This document shows, in pieces, positions 7,925-14,381 of a stretch of DNA of 32,000 nt. Both the position numbers and the translations under genes were made by a program. Below the pieces are notes generated by a model. The model was not told where the DNA came from. It saw only the letters and a program-made list of their open reading frames with translations, and ran no database searches. The stretch comes from Candidatus Saccharimonadota bacterium (lineage in GTDB: Bacteria > Patescibacteriota > Patescibacteriia > 2-12-FULL-60-25): positions 510,001 to 542,000 of the forward strand of contig CP060222.1 in NCBI GenBank assembly GCA_023898425.1. Reading direction: 5' to 3'. The first letter of the stretch is position 1. Each line of letters opens with the position of its first letter.

Positions 7925-8317
7925 AGTCGAGCAAATAGCTCTTCTAAATTTATTTGGATATCGACAGACGTAATTAACCTGTTGGTAATCCCAGAGAGTT
8001 TCTGGGCATTGGCATGCCCTTACGTGATAACTTTCAGCGCAAGCTGGTTAGTAATTACGTACGAAGTACTAGTTTACTTCGGCATACTCTCGGGTACACG
8101 ATAGGCCAGAGGTGGGTGTTCACACTCCATCTGCTCGCCGAGGCGTGTACTGCCTCATTAAGACTAGGCCCAATCTCATTTCCAAATGGGAGCAAGCTGC
8201 ATCACCTGATTCGTAGGCCTGGAAAACCACGAGTACTGTGCGAGGTGCGTCTTAGTGATTACTTTCTCCCTGGATCTCCCCAGATTGCTTAAAACACAAT
8301 CTGGGGAGTTTTCTTTT
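7925..8317 (+). ncRNA. candidate structured non-coding RNA of about 390 nt, family not recognised
   Basis: The unit is delimited by the promoter at 7890-7918 and a strong terminator at 8276-8317. It has no ORF with an RBS. It contains many local hairpins, including a GNRA-capped one (cagc GCAA gctg, around 8033-8044) and mutually exclusive stems. By eye its 3' half is more GC-rich than other intergenic DNA in the window. Confidence 0.35.
8276..8317 (+). terminator. intrinsic terminator of the ncRNA candidate
   Basis: An 11-bp perfect stem, ctccccagatt (8276-8286) with aatctggggag (8298-8308), followed by ttttctttt. Confidence 0.8.
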
Positions 8318-8320
8318 CAT

Positions 8321-8358
8321 ACCCACACAAAGACATCTGCTTCGGTGGGTGTTTTTTT
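8321..8358 (+). repeat. terminator-like hairpin, copy 1 (attL-like hybrid)
   Basis: acccacacaaag-acatctg-cttcggtgggtg followed by T7. It is about 90% identical to copy 2 at 9036-9076. Its own two arms pair imperfectly. Confidence 0.6.
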
Positions 8359-8442
8359 ATTTTTTTGACGTGACATGTACCGCTTGATAAAAAGATGCGG
8401 CTAAACGCACTTTCCAACCCAAGAATGTGATTTGGAGACGGT

Positions 8443-9030
8443 ATGAATACGGCTATGGTACCAGGTTTGAATCTTTTGCTGCATTTCAAGCCAAGCGCTC
8501 CTCCTAAGATTGCGGTCATGGATGAAAAATTCATCCGCAAACATTTCTCTCACAAGGACCTACGTCAACGAAGACGTCTGGTGCTCGATGTACAGCGATT
8601 CAACGAGTATCGCCAAAAAAACCCCTCAACCAGAATCGAGCTCATTAGACTTGATCTAACGAGATGCGAATTAAGAGGGGCGAATCTACGAGGAGCCTCC
8701 TGCTGGAGAACGATCTTCGACAAGTCTGATTGTCGTGGCGTTGACTTTACGGGGGCGGACTTGGCTTATGCCAAATTCAAACAATGCGACTTGCAACATG
8801 CAACGTTTCGAGAAGCCGGTTTGACTCGTGCCGAATTTGACGAAGCCGACTTTCGAAAGGCTGTGCTCACAGGAGCGCTTGCTCATGGTGCGCGCTTTGA
8901 CGGTGCTGACCTTCGCGAGGCGGACATCAGTAAGCTAGATATCGACGCTGCGTCTTTTTGGAAGGCTCGTCTCAGGCCCGAACAGCAAGAGCATATCCTC
9001 TCACATTTCAAAAACTCCTTTCGGAGCTGA
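8443..9030 (+). CDS. pentapeptide-repeat protein
   Basis: Tandem A(D/N)LxX pentapeptides run through residues about 70-165 (CELRGANLRGASCWRTIFDKSDCRGVDFTGADLAYAKFKQCDLQHATFREAGLTRAEFDEADFRKAVLTGA...). GGAG at 8434-8437 lies 5 nt before the ATG. Confidence 0.85.
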   Translation: MNTAMVPGLNLLLHFKPSAPPKIAVMDEKFIRKHFSHKDLRQRRRLVLDVQRFNEYRQKNPSTRIELIRLDLTRCELRGANLRGASCWRTIFDKSDCRGVDFTGADLAYAKFKQCDLQHATFREAGLTRAEFDEADFRKAVLTGALAHGARFDGADLREADISKLDIDAASFWKARLRPEQQEHILSHFKNSFRS

Positions 9031-9035
9031 CCCAT

Positions 9036-9076
9036 CACCCACGCGAAGATATCTGCTTTGTGTGGGTGTTTTGTTT
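9036..9076 (+). repeat. terminator-like hairpin, copy 2 (attR-like hybrid); functional terminator of the pentapeptide-repeat gene
   Basis: cacccacgcgaag-atatctg-ctttgtgtgggtg followed by ttttgttt. As RNA it forms a 13-bp stem with two G-U pairs. Confidence 0.65.
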
Positions 9077-9077
9077 A

Positions 9078-9120
9078 AAAAAAGAAAAAAGGCCCCGGAG
9101 CAAGTAAAGCTCGACGGGGC
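9078..9120 (-). terminator. intrinsic terminator of the 122-aa gene (minus strand)
   Basis: Stem gccccggagc / gctc(ga)cggggc. An A-rich run on the plus strand at 9077-9090 reads as a T run after the stem on the minus strand. Confidence 0.7.
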
Positions 9121-9140
9121 AGACTCTATAACAAGTCCTG

Positions 9141-9509
9141 TTATTTTTTGCTCTCACGAGAGCGTAGAACAAAGAGCACTTCGCCTTCGGCGAGAAAGAA
9201 CCTCACCGCAAGAGTATGGGTTCTTGTGCTTACCATCAACAACCCTTCGGATATGTGGCTCACGCTTTTAAGCAGGTGCTGATGAATTGCCGCCCAAGCT
9301 TCTTTGTATTCTGGATTTTCTACCAGTTTAAATGAAGCGACGCCTTGGCTTGTTGATGACCTGCCAAATCGACCCTTGATCATCTCTTCGAGTCTTTCCT
9401 CGGCAACCGCTGCGATAACGCTGAGATACAACGTTTCGTGATCACCCCCAATTGATTTCCTCTGTTTTTGATTACCAGAGGCAATACCCGATGTCGTTGG
9501 TACGTGCAT
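9141..9509 (-). CDS. hypothetical protein (122 aa)
   Basis: It forms a complete expression unit: the promoter at 9543-9571, the RBS AAGGAtGGtGG directly upstream of the ATG at 9509, and the terminator at 9078-9120. I recognised no motif. Confidence 0.6.
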   Translation of the reverse strand: MHVPTTSGIASGNQKQRKSIGGDHETLYLSVIAAVAEERLEEMIKGRFGRSSTSQGVASFKLVENPEYKEAWAAIHQHLLKSVSHISEGLLMVSTRTHTLAVRFFLAEGEVLFVLRSRESKK

Positions 9510-9542
9510 TCCACCATCCTTCCCTTGGTAAAAAGGACGCCG

Positions 9543-9571
9543 ACTATAGCATGTCTATAATGTATTGTCAA
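9543..9571 (-). promoter_or_regulatory. sigma70-type promoter for the 122-aa gene
   Basis: On the minus strand: TTGACA (9571-9566), a 17-nt spacer, then TATAGT (9548-9543). Confidence 0.65.
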
Positions 9572-9604
9572 AAACACCACCTTAGCGGTGGTGTTTTTGT
9601 TTTT
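9570..9604. terminator. bidirectional hairpin terminator whose T run overlaps the -35 of the next promoter
   Basis: Stem caccacc (9575-9581) pairs with ggtggtg (9587-9593) around the loop ttagc, with A5 on the 5' side and T5gT5 on the 3' side. On the minus strand it follows the stop of the acidic-protein gene at 9605. Confidence 0.75.
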
Positions 9605-9928
9605 CTACATTTCGTCTTCGATAACGAAGTCTTCACGTTCTGTTACCGTGTCGATCTCTTTTTCTAGACGATCAAGCTCGGCGAGCTCATCGAGCTCTTC
9701 GATACCCGTTTCATCGTCCTCGTCTTCTTCGTCGTCATCAGAAGCAGCAGCTGTCGCTACAGCGTCTGTGTCGAGGCCGTCGTCTTCTTCTTCCTCTTCT
9801 TCTTTGTCGCTGTCACCTTCGAGGTGCATGCCAAGCTCAGCGAGCTTTGCGTCGTCCGGGTCTTCGTCGAGACCGGCCATGTCGCGGTCCCAGCTAGAAG
9901 GACCTACGTTAAGGGGGAGTGCTGTCAT
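9605..9928 (-). CDS. hyperacidic small protein (107 aa, 46 Asp+Glu)
   Basis: I took the start at the internal Met80 of the track ORF, because the upstream part of that ORF would overlap the rmuC 5' region. Sequence: MTALPLNVGPSSWDRDMAGLDEDPDD...EEEEEEDD...DDDEEDEDDE...DFVIEDEM. I recognised no domain. Confidence 0.55.
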   Translation of the reverse strand: MTALPLNVGPSSWDRDMAGLDEDPDDAKLAELGMHLEGDSDKEEEEEEDDGLDTDAVATAAASDDDEEDEDDETGIEELDELAELDRLEKEIDTVTEREDFVIEDEM

Positions 9929-10001
9929 ATGAATGTTCACACATATAACGTATGTGCCTTTGCTTTGCAAGAGGGCGCCAGATTTGATACCTTTAGCCTC
10001 T

Positions 10002-11054
10002 ATGAGCACGACGGACATTTTGTTGGTTTTAGGTGGGATTTTGCTACTCGGCGTAGCGGTAGCTATTGTAGCGATTTTTCGGCAATTAAAGAGCCAGCAA
10101 CCTGCTATTGATCCGCAATTACTGCAGTTTATGCATGAGCGTTTAGAGTCGCTTGATCGCGACATGCGTCAAACACTTACAGAATCAAACCGCACACAAC
10201 AAACAGCAAGCCACCACATGACAGGAGCAGTGCGTGATGTCACCGAACGCCTCGTTAAAATCGAAGAAACCAATAAACAGGTACTCGAATTCTCAGGTCA
10301 GCTAGACCAATTACAAAGAATTCTTACCAATCCAAAACAACGTGGTATTTTGGGGGAGTATTATCTTGAGACACTCTTACGTACGATCTTTGCTCCAGAT
10401 CAGTATCAAATGCAATATAAATTTAAAGACGGAGAAATTGTTGATGCAGCCGTATTCGTCAAAGACAAAATCGTCCCTATTGATTCTAAATTTAGCTTAG
10501 AAAACTACAATCGCCTTGTAGAGGCTCAAGATCCTGCGCAAAGAGCAACCTTCGAGAAGGCTTTTGTAAATGATCTTAAGAATCGTATCAAAGAGACCGC
10601 AAAGTATATCCGCCCAGGCGAAGGTACCATGGATTTTGCATTTATGTTTATTCCGCACGAGGCTGTTTACTATGATTTGTTAGTTAATAAGATTGGTGAA
10701 GGAGGGGAGGATGCCGAAAGTCTTATTCAACGCGCAGCTTCTAAATGGCATGTGATTATCGTCTCACCAACGAGTTTTACAGCCTATCTACAAACCGTTC
10801 TACAAGGCTTACGCGCCATGCATATCGAAGAACAAGCAAAAGAGATCCGTAAACGCGTAGAAGACCTCCAGAGACATATGACGGCTTACGAGCAACACTT
10901 CACCAATCTAGGTAAACATCTTGGTACAGCCGTAGGTCAATATAACTTTGCGGGCAAAGAATTCGTAAAAATTGATAAAGATGTTCTTAAAATCACCGGC
11001 CAAGGTATTGGATTTGAACCTATCTCTATTGATAAGCCTGGCGAGGACGTATAG
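10002..11054 (+). CDS. rmuC: DNA recombination protein RmuC
   Basis: N-terminal TM helix, then a coiled-coil, then an RmuC nuclease-like core (RGILGEYYLETLL...VDAAVFVKDKIVPIDSKF...FMFIPHEAVY). I chose the start at Met24 of the track ORF. Confidence 0.88.
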   Translation: MSTTDILLVLGGILLLGVAVAIVAIFRQLKSQQPAIDPQLLQFMHERLESLDRDMRQTLTESNRTQQTASHHMTGAVRDVTERLVKIEETNKQVLEFSGQLDQLQRILTNPKQRGILGEYYLETLLRTIFAPDQYQMQYKFKDGEIVDAAVFVKDKIVPIDSKFSLENYNRLVEAQDPAQRATFEKAFVNDLKNRIKETAKYIRPGEGTMDFAFMFIPHEAVYYDLLVNKIGEGGEDAESLIQRAASKWHVIIVSPTSFTAYLQTVLQGLRAMHIEEQAKEIRKRVEDLQRHMTAYEQHFTNLGKHLGTAVGQYNFAGKEFVKIDKDVLKITGQGIGFEPISIDKPGEDV

Positions 11055-11056
11055 CC

Positions 11057-11673
11057 ATGAAACTGCTCCTAAAACGCCTAGCCCTCTATAGCGCCGTAAC
11101 CATCGGTGCGGGATTACTTTGTGTTGCAGGAGTTATCGGTTATGTTCAGCTATCCCATATCCAGCAAATACATACGGATATTGATACGCTTTCACCTGCG
11201 CCATATGCCATTATTCTTGGTGCTAGCGTTAAAAGTAATGGCACGCCTTCTGATGCCCTGTATGACCGTATCTACCTCGGTAGTGAGCTCATCAAAGCAG
11301 GCAAGGTAGAGACCCTTCTTATGACGGGTGATGGCGGTGCCTACCATTTAAACGAAGTAGCTGCCATGAAGCGTGTCGCGATGGAGCTAGGCGTACCGAG
11401 AAAGATATTATTGTTGATGGACAAGGCTATCGCACCTACGAAAGCTGCAAGCGCGCGAATCAAATCTATGACATCAAAAAGCGATTGTCGTAACACAGCG
11501 CTTTCACTTGGCTCGCTCTCTTTATCTCTGTGATTTCTTTTCTATTGACGTTCAGGGACTTAGCGCTGATAGACAGAGCTATCAAAGAAACCTCTTTTTA
11601 TAAGCAGAGACTTGCTCTCGAGTGCTAAGGCTTGGTGGGATACGCGGATTCAGGCTCCAATGCGCCGGTGTAA
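11057..11673 (+). pseudogene. sanA: SanA/DUF218 family protein, disrupted by at least 3 single-base frameshifts
   Basis: The N-terminal 115 aa are in frame (ILGASV...LLMTGDGG...NEVAAMKRVAMELGVP). The continuation EKDIIVDGQGYRTYESCKRANQIYDIKK / AIVVTQRFHLARSLYLCDFF...QRNLF / ISRDLLSSAKAWWD is read only after adding one base near 11397, in the A5 run at 11476-11480 and in the T5 run at 11595-11599. It aligns with E. coli SanA (IIITQRFHCERALFIAL). The 3' end is uncertain. Confidence 0.8.
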
Positions 11674-11700
11674 AAAACACACGCAAGTAGCGTGTGTTTT
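11672..11700. terminator. bidirectional hairpin terminator between the convergent sanA and mscL genes
   Basis: Stem cacacgc (11678-11684) pairs with gcgtgtg (11690-11696) around the loop aagta, with A6 on the 5' side and T4 on the 3' side. Confidence 0.7.
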
Positions 11701-12092
11701 ACTAAGATTTCTTTTATCCAATCGCTCGAGATGAAGTTTTTTAAAGACAAAATAGACAACAAAAGCAATAATAACAAAGTCTATGGCGTTAACCGCAAAG
11801 TTACCAAGCATAATTGAACCAATCTTAAAGGATTTTAACCCTTGTGTAGAGCCAAAATCATTCCAATCGCTGGTTGAATAATATCTTGCACAAGCGAGGT
11901 CACAAGTTTGTTTACAGCACCACCCAAGACAAAGGCAATCGCGAGACCAATAATACCTTGTTCACGAATAAACGTCGCAAATTCGAGCATGGATTCTTTT
12001 AATTTCTTTTTTACATCGAGTCGTGGAGCAGGGGAGATGACGGTCGCATCAACTGGCCCTACAACCTTTGGGGATTCTTGCATGTTTTCCAT
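11698..12092 (-). pseudogene. mscL: large-conductance mechanosensitive channel MscL, frameshifted
   Basis: MLEFATFIREQGIIGLAIAFVLGGAVNKLVTSLVQDIIQPAIGMIL matches MscL TM1. The ORF stops at 11835, but the -1 frame continues as GSTQGLKSFKIGSIMLGNFAVNAIDFVIIAFVVYFVFKKL, which is MscL TM2. One base is missing near 11851-11853. The 3' end is uncertain. Confidence 0.75.
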
Positions 12093-12100
12093 ATGACAGG

Positions 12101-12129
12101 ATTATTAAGAAAATACGTAAAAGTTGCAA
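12101..12129 (-). promoter_or_regulatory. promoter for mscL giving a leaderless or near-leaderless mRNA
   Basis: On the minus strand: TTGCAA (12129-12124), a 16-17 nt spacer, then TAATAAT (12107-12101). The ATG at 12092 is 8 nt downstream and has no Shine-Dalgarno sequence. Confidence 0.45.
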
Positions 12130-12173
12130 GGCAAGACGAAAAAGAGATTTGCTCTATACTCTGCTCAACAACT

Positions 12174-12896
12174 ATGTCAGCTATTATATTACAAGATTTA
12201 GCAAAAATCTATGCTACGGGTACACAAGCTCTCAAGAGCATTAATCTCAAGATTGAAGATGGCGATTTTTTGCCTTATTAGGCGCGAATGGCGCTGGTAA
12301 AACAACCATTATTGGTATTTTGACGAGTATCGTTAATAAGACAGGGGCAAGGTAACAGTTTTAGGCCATGATCTTGATAAAGATGTCGACGGCTTAAAGT
12401 CACAAATCGGTGTTGTGCCACAAGAATTCAATTTTAATATTTTTGAAAAGGTTGAGGATATTATTGTTGATCAAGCAGGATTCTATGGAGTGCCGAAAAG
12501 ATCGCCCTTGAGAGAGCAGGGGAGCTTATGAAGGCGCTTGGACTTTGGGACAAGCGACATTCTCCTGCTCGTACCCTTTCGGGAGGAATGAAGCGCCGTT
12601 TGATGGTAGCGCGAGCTCTGGTGCATAAGCCTAAGATTTTATTATTAGATGAACCGACCGCTGGAGTCGATGTTGAACTCCGTTTAGAGATGTGGGACTA
12701 CCTCAAAGAGCTAAATGCCAGCGGAACAACAATTGTACTCACTACCCATTATCTTGAAGAAGTAGAAAGACTCTGTAAGAACGTCGCTATCATGAAGAAA
12801 GGGGAGATCGTTCATCGCTCATCTGTACAAAGTATTATCGAAAAATATCAAAGCGTTGAGAAGGCTTACCTCGCCATTACAAACGAAACTCTATGA
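12174..12896 (+). pseudogene. ABC transporter ATP-binding protein (ABC-2 type), split by 3 single-base frameshifts
   Basis: The pieces read MSAIILQDLAKIY...DGDF / (F)ALLGANGAGKTTIIGILTS...TG / GKVTVLGHD...FYGVPK / KIALERAGELMKALGLW...LSGGMKRRL...ILLLDEPTAGVD. Walker A, signature and Walker B motifs are all present. Each junction is repaired by adding one base: the T6 run at 12266-12271, the G4 run at 12344-12347 and the A4 run at 12496-12499. Confidence 0.85.
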
Positions 12897-13662
12897 TCAA
12901 AACTCAACTGATTGCCATTCAAACAATTTTACGAAGAGAAATTATTCGTCTCTTTCGTATTTGGCCGCAAACATTTTTACCACCGGTAATTACACAAGGT
13001 CTTTACTTTTTGATCTTCGGTACATTTATCGGATCGCAAATTAGACCGATTAACGGTGTATCCTACATGGCGTATATTGTGCCCGGAATCATTATGATGT
13101 CGATGATCACGGCTAGTTATATGAATGTTGTCTTCTCCTTTTTGGAGCGAAGTTTCAACGTCACATCGAAGAACTCCTTGTCGCACCTGTTTCGTATTAC
13201 ACCATTCTATCTGGCTATGTTTTAGGAGGAGTGATCCGCGCATTCATTACTGGATCAATGGTCTTTATTGTTTCATTTATTTTTATCAGACCTACGATTG
13301 AACATCCGTTCATTGTCTTATTGTTCGGACTTCTTACGGCGATTGTTTTTGCCCTTGGAGGATTCTTAAATGCGCTCTATGCCAAGACCTTTGACGATGC
13401 CAATATCTTTACCACATTTGTACTCACGCCATTAACATACCTCGGAGGCGTCTTCTATTCACTAGACATGCTTCCACCGTTCTTTAAGACACTGTCGTAC
13501 GGCAATCCTATCGTCTATATGGTGGATGGATTCAGATATGGCTTCTATGGCTTTAGTCAGGCGAACCCAGTAAATGGTATTATATTCTTAATTGTCGTTA
13601 TCGGCCTCTTAGCAGGTACTAACCTCTACTTACTAAAGAAGGGGACGGGAATACGATCATAA
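12893..13662 (+). pseudogene. ABC-2 family transporter permease, one frameshift
   Basis: The ATG at 12893 overlaps the ATPase stop codon (ATGA). Two ORFs (12893-13225 and 13231-13662) join into one protein (..NVVFSFFGAKFQRHIEELLVAPVSYYTILSGYVLGGVIRAFITG..) when one T is added to the T5 run at 13139-13143. Confidence 0.8.
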
Positions 13663-13674
13663 TCAATTATTAAA

Positions 13675-13703
13675 GCCCTCGACAAAATCTCGAGGGCTTT
13701 TTG
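13675..13703 (+). terminator. intrinsic terminator after the ABC transporter genes
   Basis: Stem gccctcga (13675-13682) pairs with tcgagggc (13690-13697) and is followed by ttttt. Confidence 0.8.
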
Positions 13704-14007
13704 TATTTAAATACGTATTTTATACTGCTTAAAAATAATAATAAATTAGACATTCTAAAGGCGTGTTGAGCTGAGAGAATAGAGCTGCGCCATGGATTTA
13801 TGACAAGCAAGTGTTTTTAACATCGGTAGAAACTAATAGAATCTGATAAGAAAATTAGCTAGGGAATCGTGTTTTAAAACCATAGCTATGCGTCGCACAA
13901 TATATCTTATACGACATAAGGGGTGGGATTTAAGCCAATAAGCCTTTAAAAATGCCTTTTCCTGATATTCGACCCAGACAAGTATTTTTACGAGCCGCTA
14001 GGATGCC

Positions 14008-14226
14008 CTAGGCTGTTTTTGCAGGTCTCCTAGTACCTTGGGCTTTAGACCCTTTGGTAGCCTGGGATGCCTTAGAGGCTCTGAGACGATCCCAGCGTAG
14101 CTGAACCAGCTCGGAGAAGTGTAAGGAGGTCTTTTTAGGGCCTAGCTTCTCTTTGAGTTGTTTAGAGGTTTTTTTACCTCCTTTACTACCTAATAACGCG
14201 GCAGCTTTTCGTATCTCTGTATCCAT
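14008..14226 (-). CDS. small lysine/arginine-rich protein (72 aa), KGG-like motif
   Basis: MDTEIRKAAALLGSKGGKKTSKQLKEKLGPKK...LVQLRWDRLRASKASQ. It resembles the small basic GGKK-containing proteins common on mobile DNA. It looks more GC-rich than the AT-rich flanks (by eye). Confidence 0.45.
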   Translation of the reverse strand: MDTEIRKAAALLGSKGGKKTSKQLKEKLGPKKTSLHFSELVQLRWDRLRASKASQATKGSKAQGTRRPAKTA

Positions 14227-14239
14227 GTCTTTATCATAC

Positions 14240-14259
14240 TATACGAAGCGCTTCGTATA
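14240..14259. promoter_or_regulatory. perfect 20-bp palindrome (candidate operator or 5'-UTR hairpin) upstream of the small basic protein gene
   Basis: TATACGAAGC|GCTTCGTATA, 13 nt upstream of the ATG at 14226. A TATAAT lies further upstream on the minus strand, in the 14270s. Confidence 0.4.
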
Positions 14260-14290
14260 CAAGGGTAAAACCAGATTATATCTTAAAATG

Positions 14291-14299
14291 TTATCCACA
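14291..14299 (+). promoter_or_regulatory. isolated perfect DnaA box (TTATCCACA)
   Basis: Exact 9-mer consensus in intergenic DNA. No other boxes cluster nearby. Confidence 0.3.
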
Positions 14300-14350
14300 A
14301 TAGTATTTTAAGTGATATTTCTGCTACTGATGTAAAAATATTTGCTCTAC

Positions 14351-14381
14351 AAAAAGAGGGGCCCTTTTATATAGCCCCCCT
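14351..14381 (-). terminator. intrinsic terminator at the end of the mreB...ftsQ cluster (minus strand)
   Basis: Stem agaggggc (14355-14362) pairs with gcccccct (14374-14381) with one mismatch. A5 on the plus strand reads as a T5 run after the stem on the minus strand. Confidence 0.55.

Noticed and set aside
7757-8292. Two overlapping plus-strand ORFs (115 aa and 92 aa) downstream of nrdA, considered as protein-coding genes.
   Set aside because: Neither has an RBS. The first begins inside nrdA and reads through the nrdA terminator hairpin. The second ends inside the loop of the 8276-8308 terminator. Both translations have unremarkable composition and no recognisable motif. A non-coding RNA fits better, although a small protein cannot be fully excluded.
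7925-8317. Identifying the ncRNA candidate as RNase P RNA, tmRNA, SRP RNA or 6S RNA.
   Set aside because: I found no GGAAAGUCC / ACAGAA-NNN-GGCUUA P4 pair on either strand, only weak look-alikes (gagaaagtaatc, acagacgtaatt). There is no tRNA-like GGUUCGA T-arm, CCA-proximal acceptor or tag ORF ending in LAA. There is no GGAA-capped helix 8 with AGCA/GGAAG SRP motifs. 6S RNA cannot be judged from sequence alone.
9062-9271. A 69-aa plus-strand ORF.
   Set aside because: It starts inside terminator copy 2, crosses the minus-strand terminator at 9078-9120, and is antisense to the well-supported 122-aa gene.
9588-9932. A 114-aa plus-strand ORF with long poly-Ser tracts.
   Set aside because: It is the antisense reading of the GAA/GAC/GAG-rich acidic-protein gene, because TTC/GTC/CTC read in another frame gives Ser-rich strings. 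It has no start context, and its 5' end overlaps the bidirectional terminator at 9570-9604.
9933-10001. A rmuC start at the ATG at 9933.
   Set aside because: That would put the start 4 bp from the divergent acidic-protein start and leave no room for promoters. The predicted RmuC signal-anchor helix begins at the ATG at 10002.
14291-14299. The AT-rich region plus a perfect DnaA box, considered as a replication origin.
   Set aside because: There is only one box, no cluster of boxes or 13-mer-like repeats, and no dnaA, dnaN or gidA nearby.
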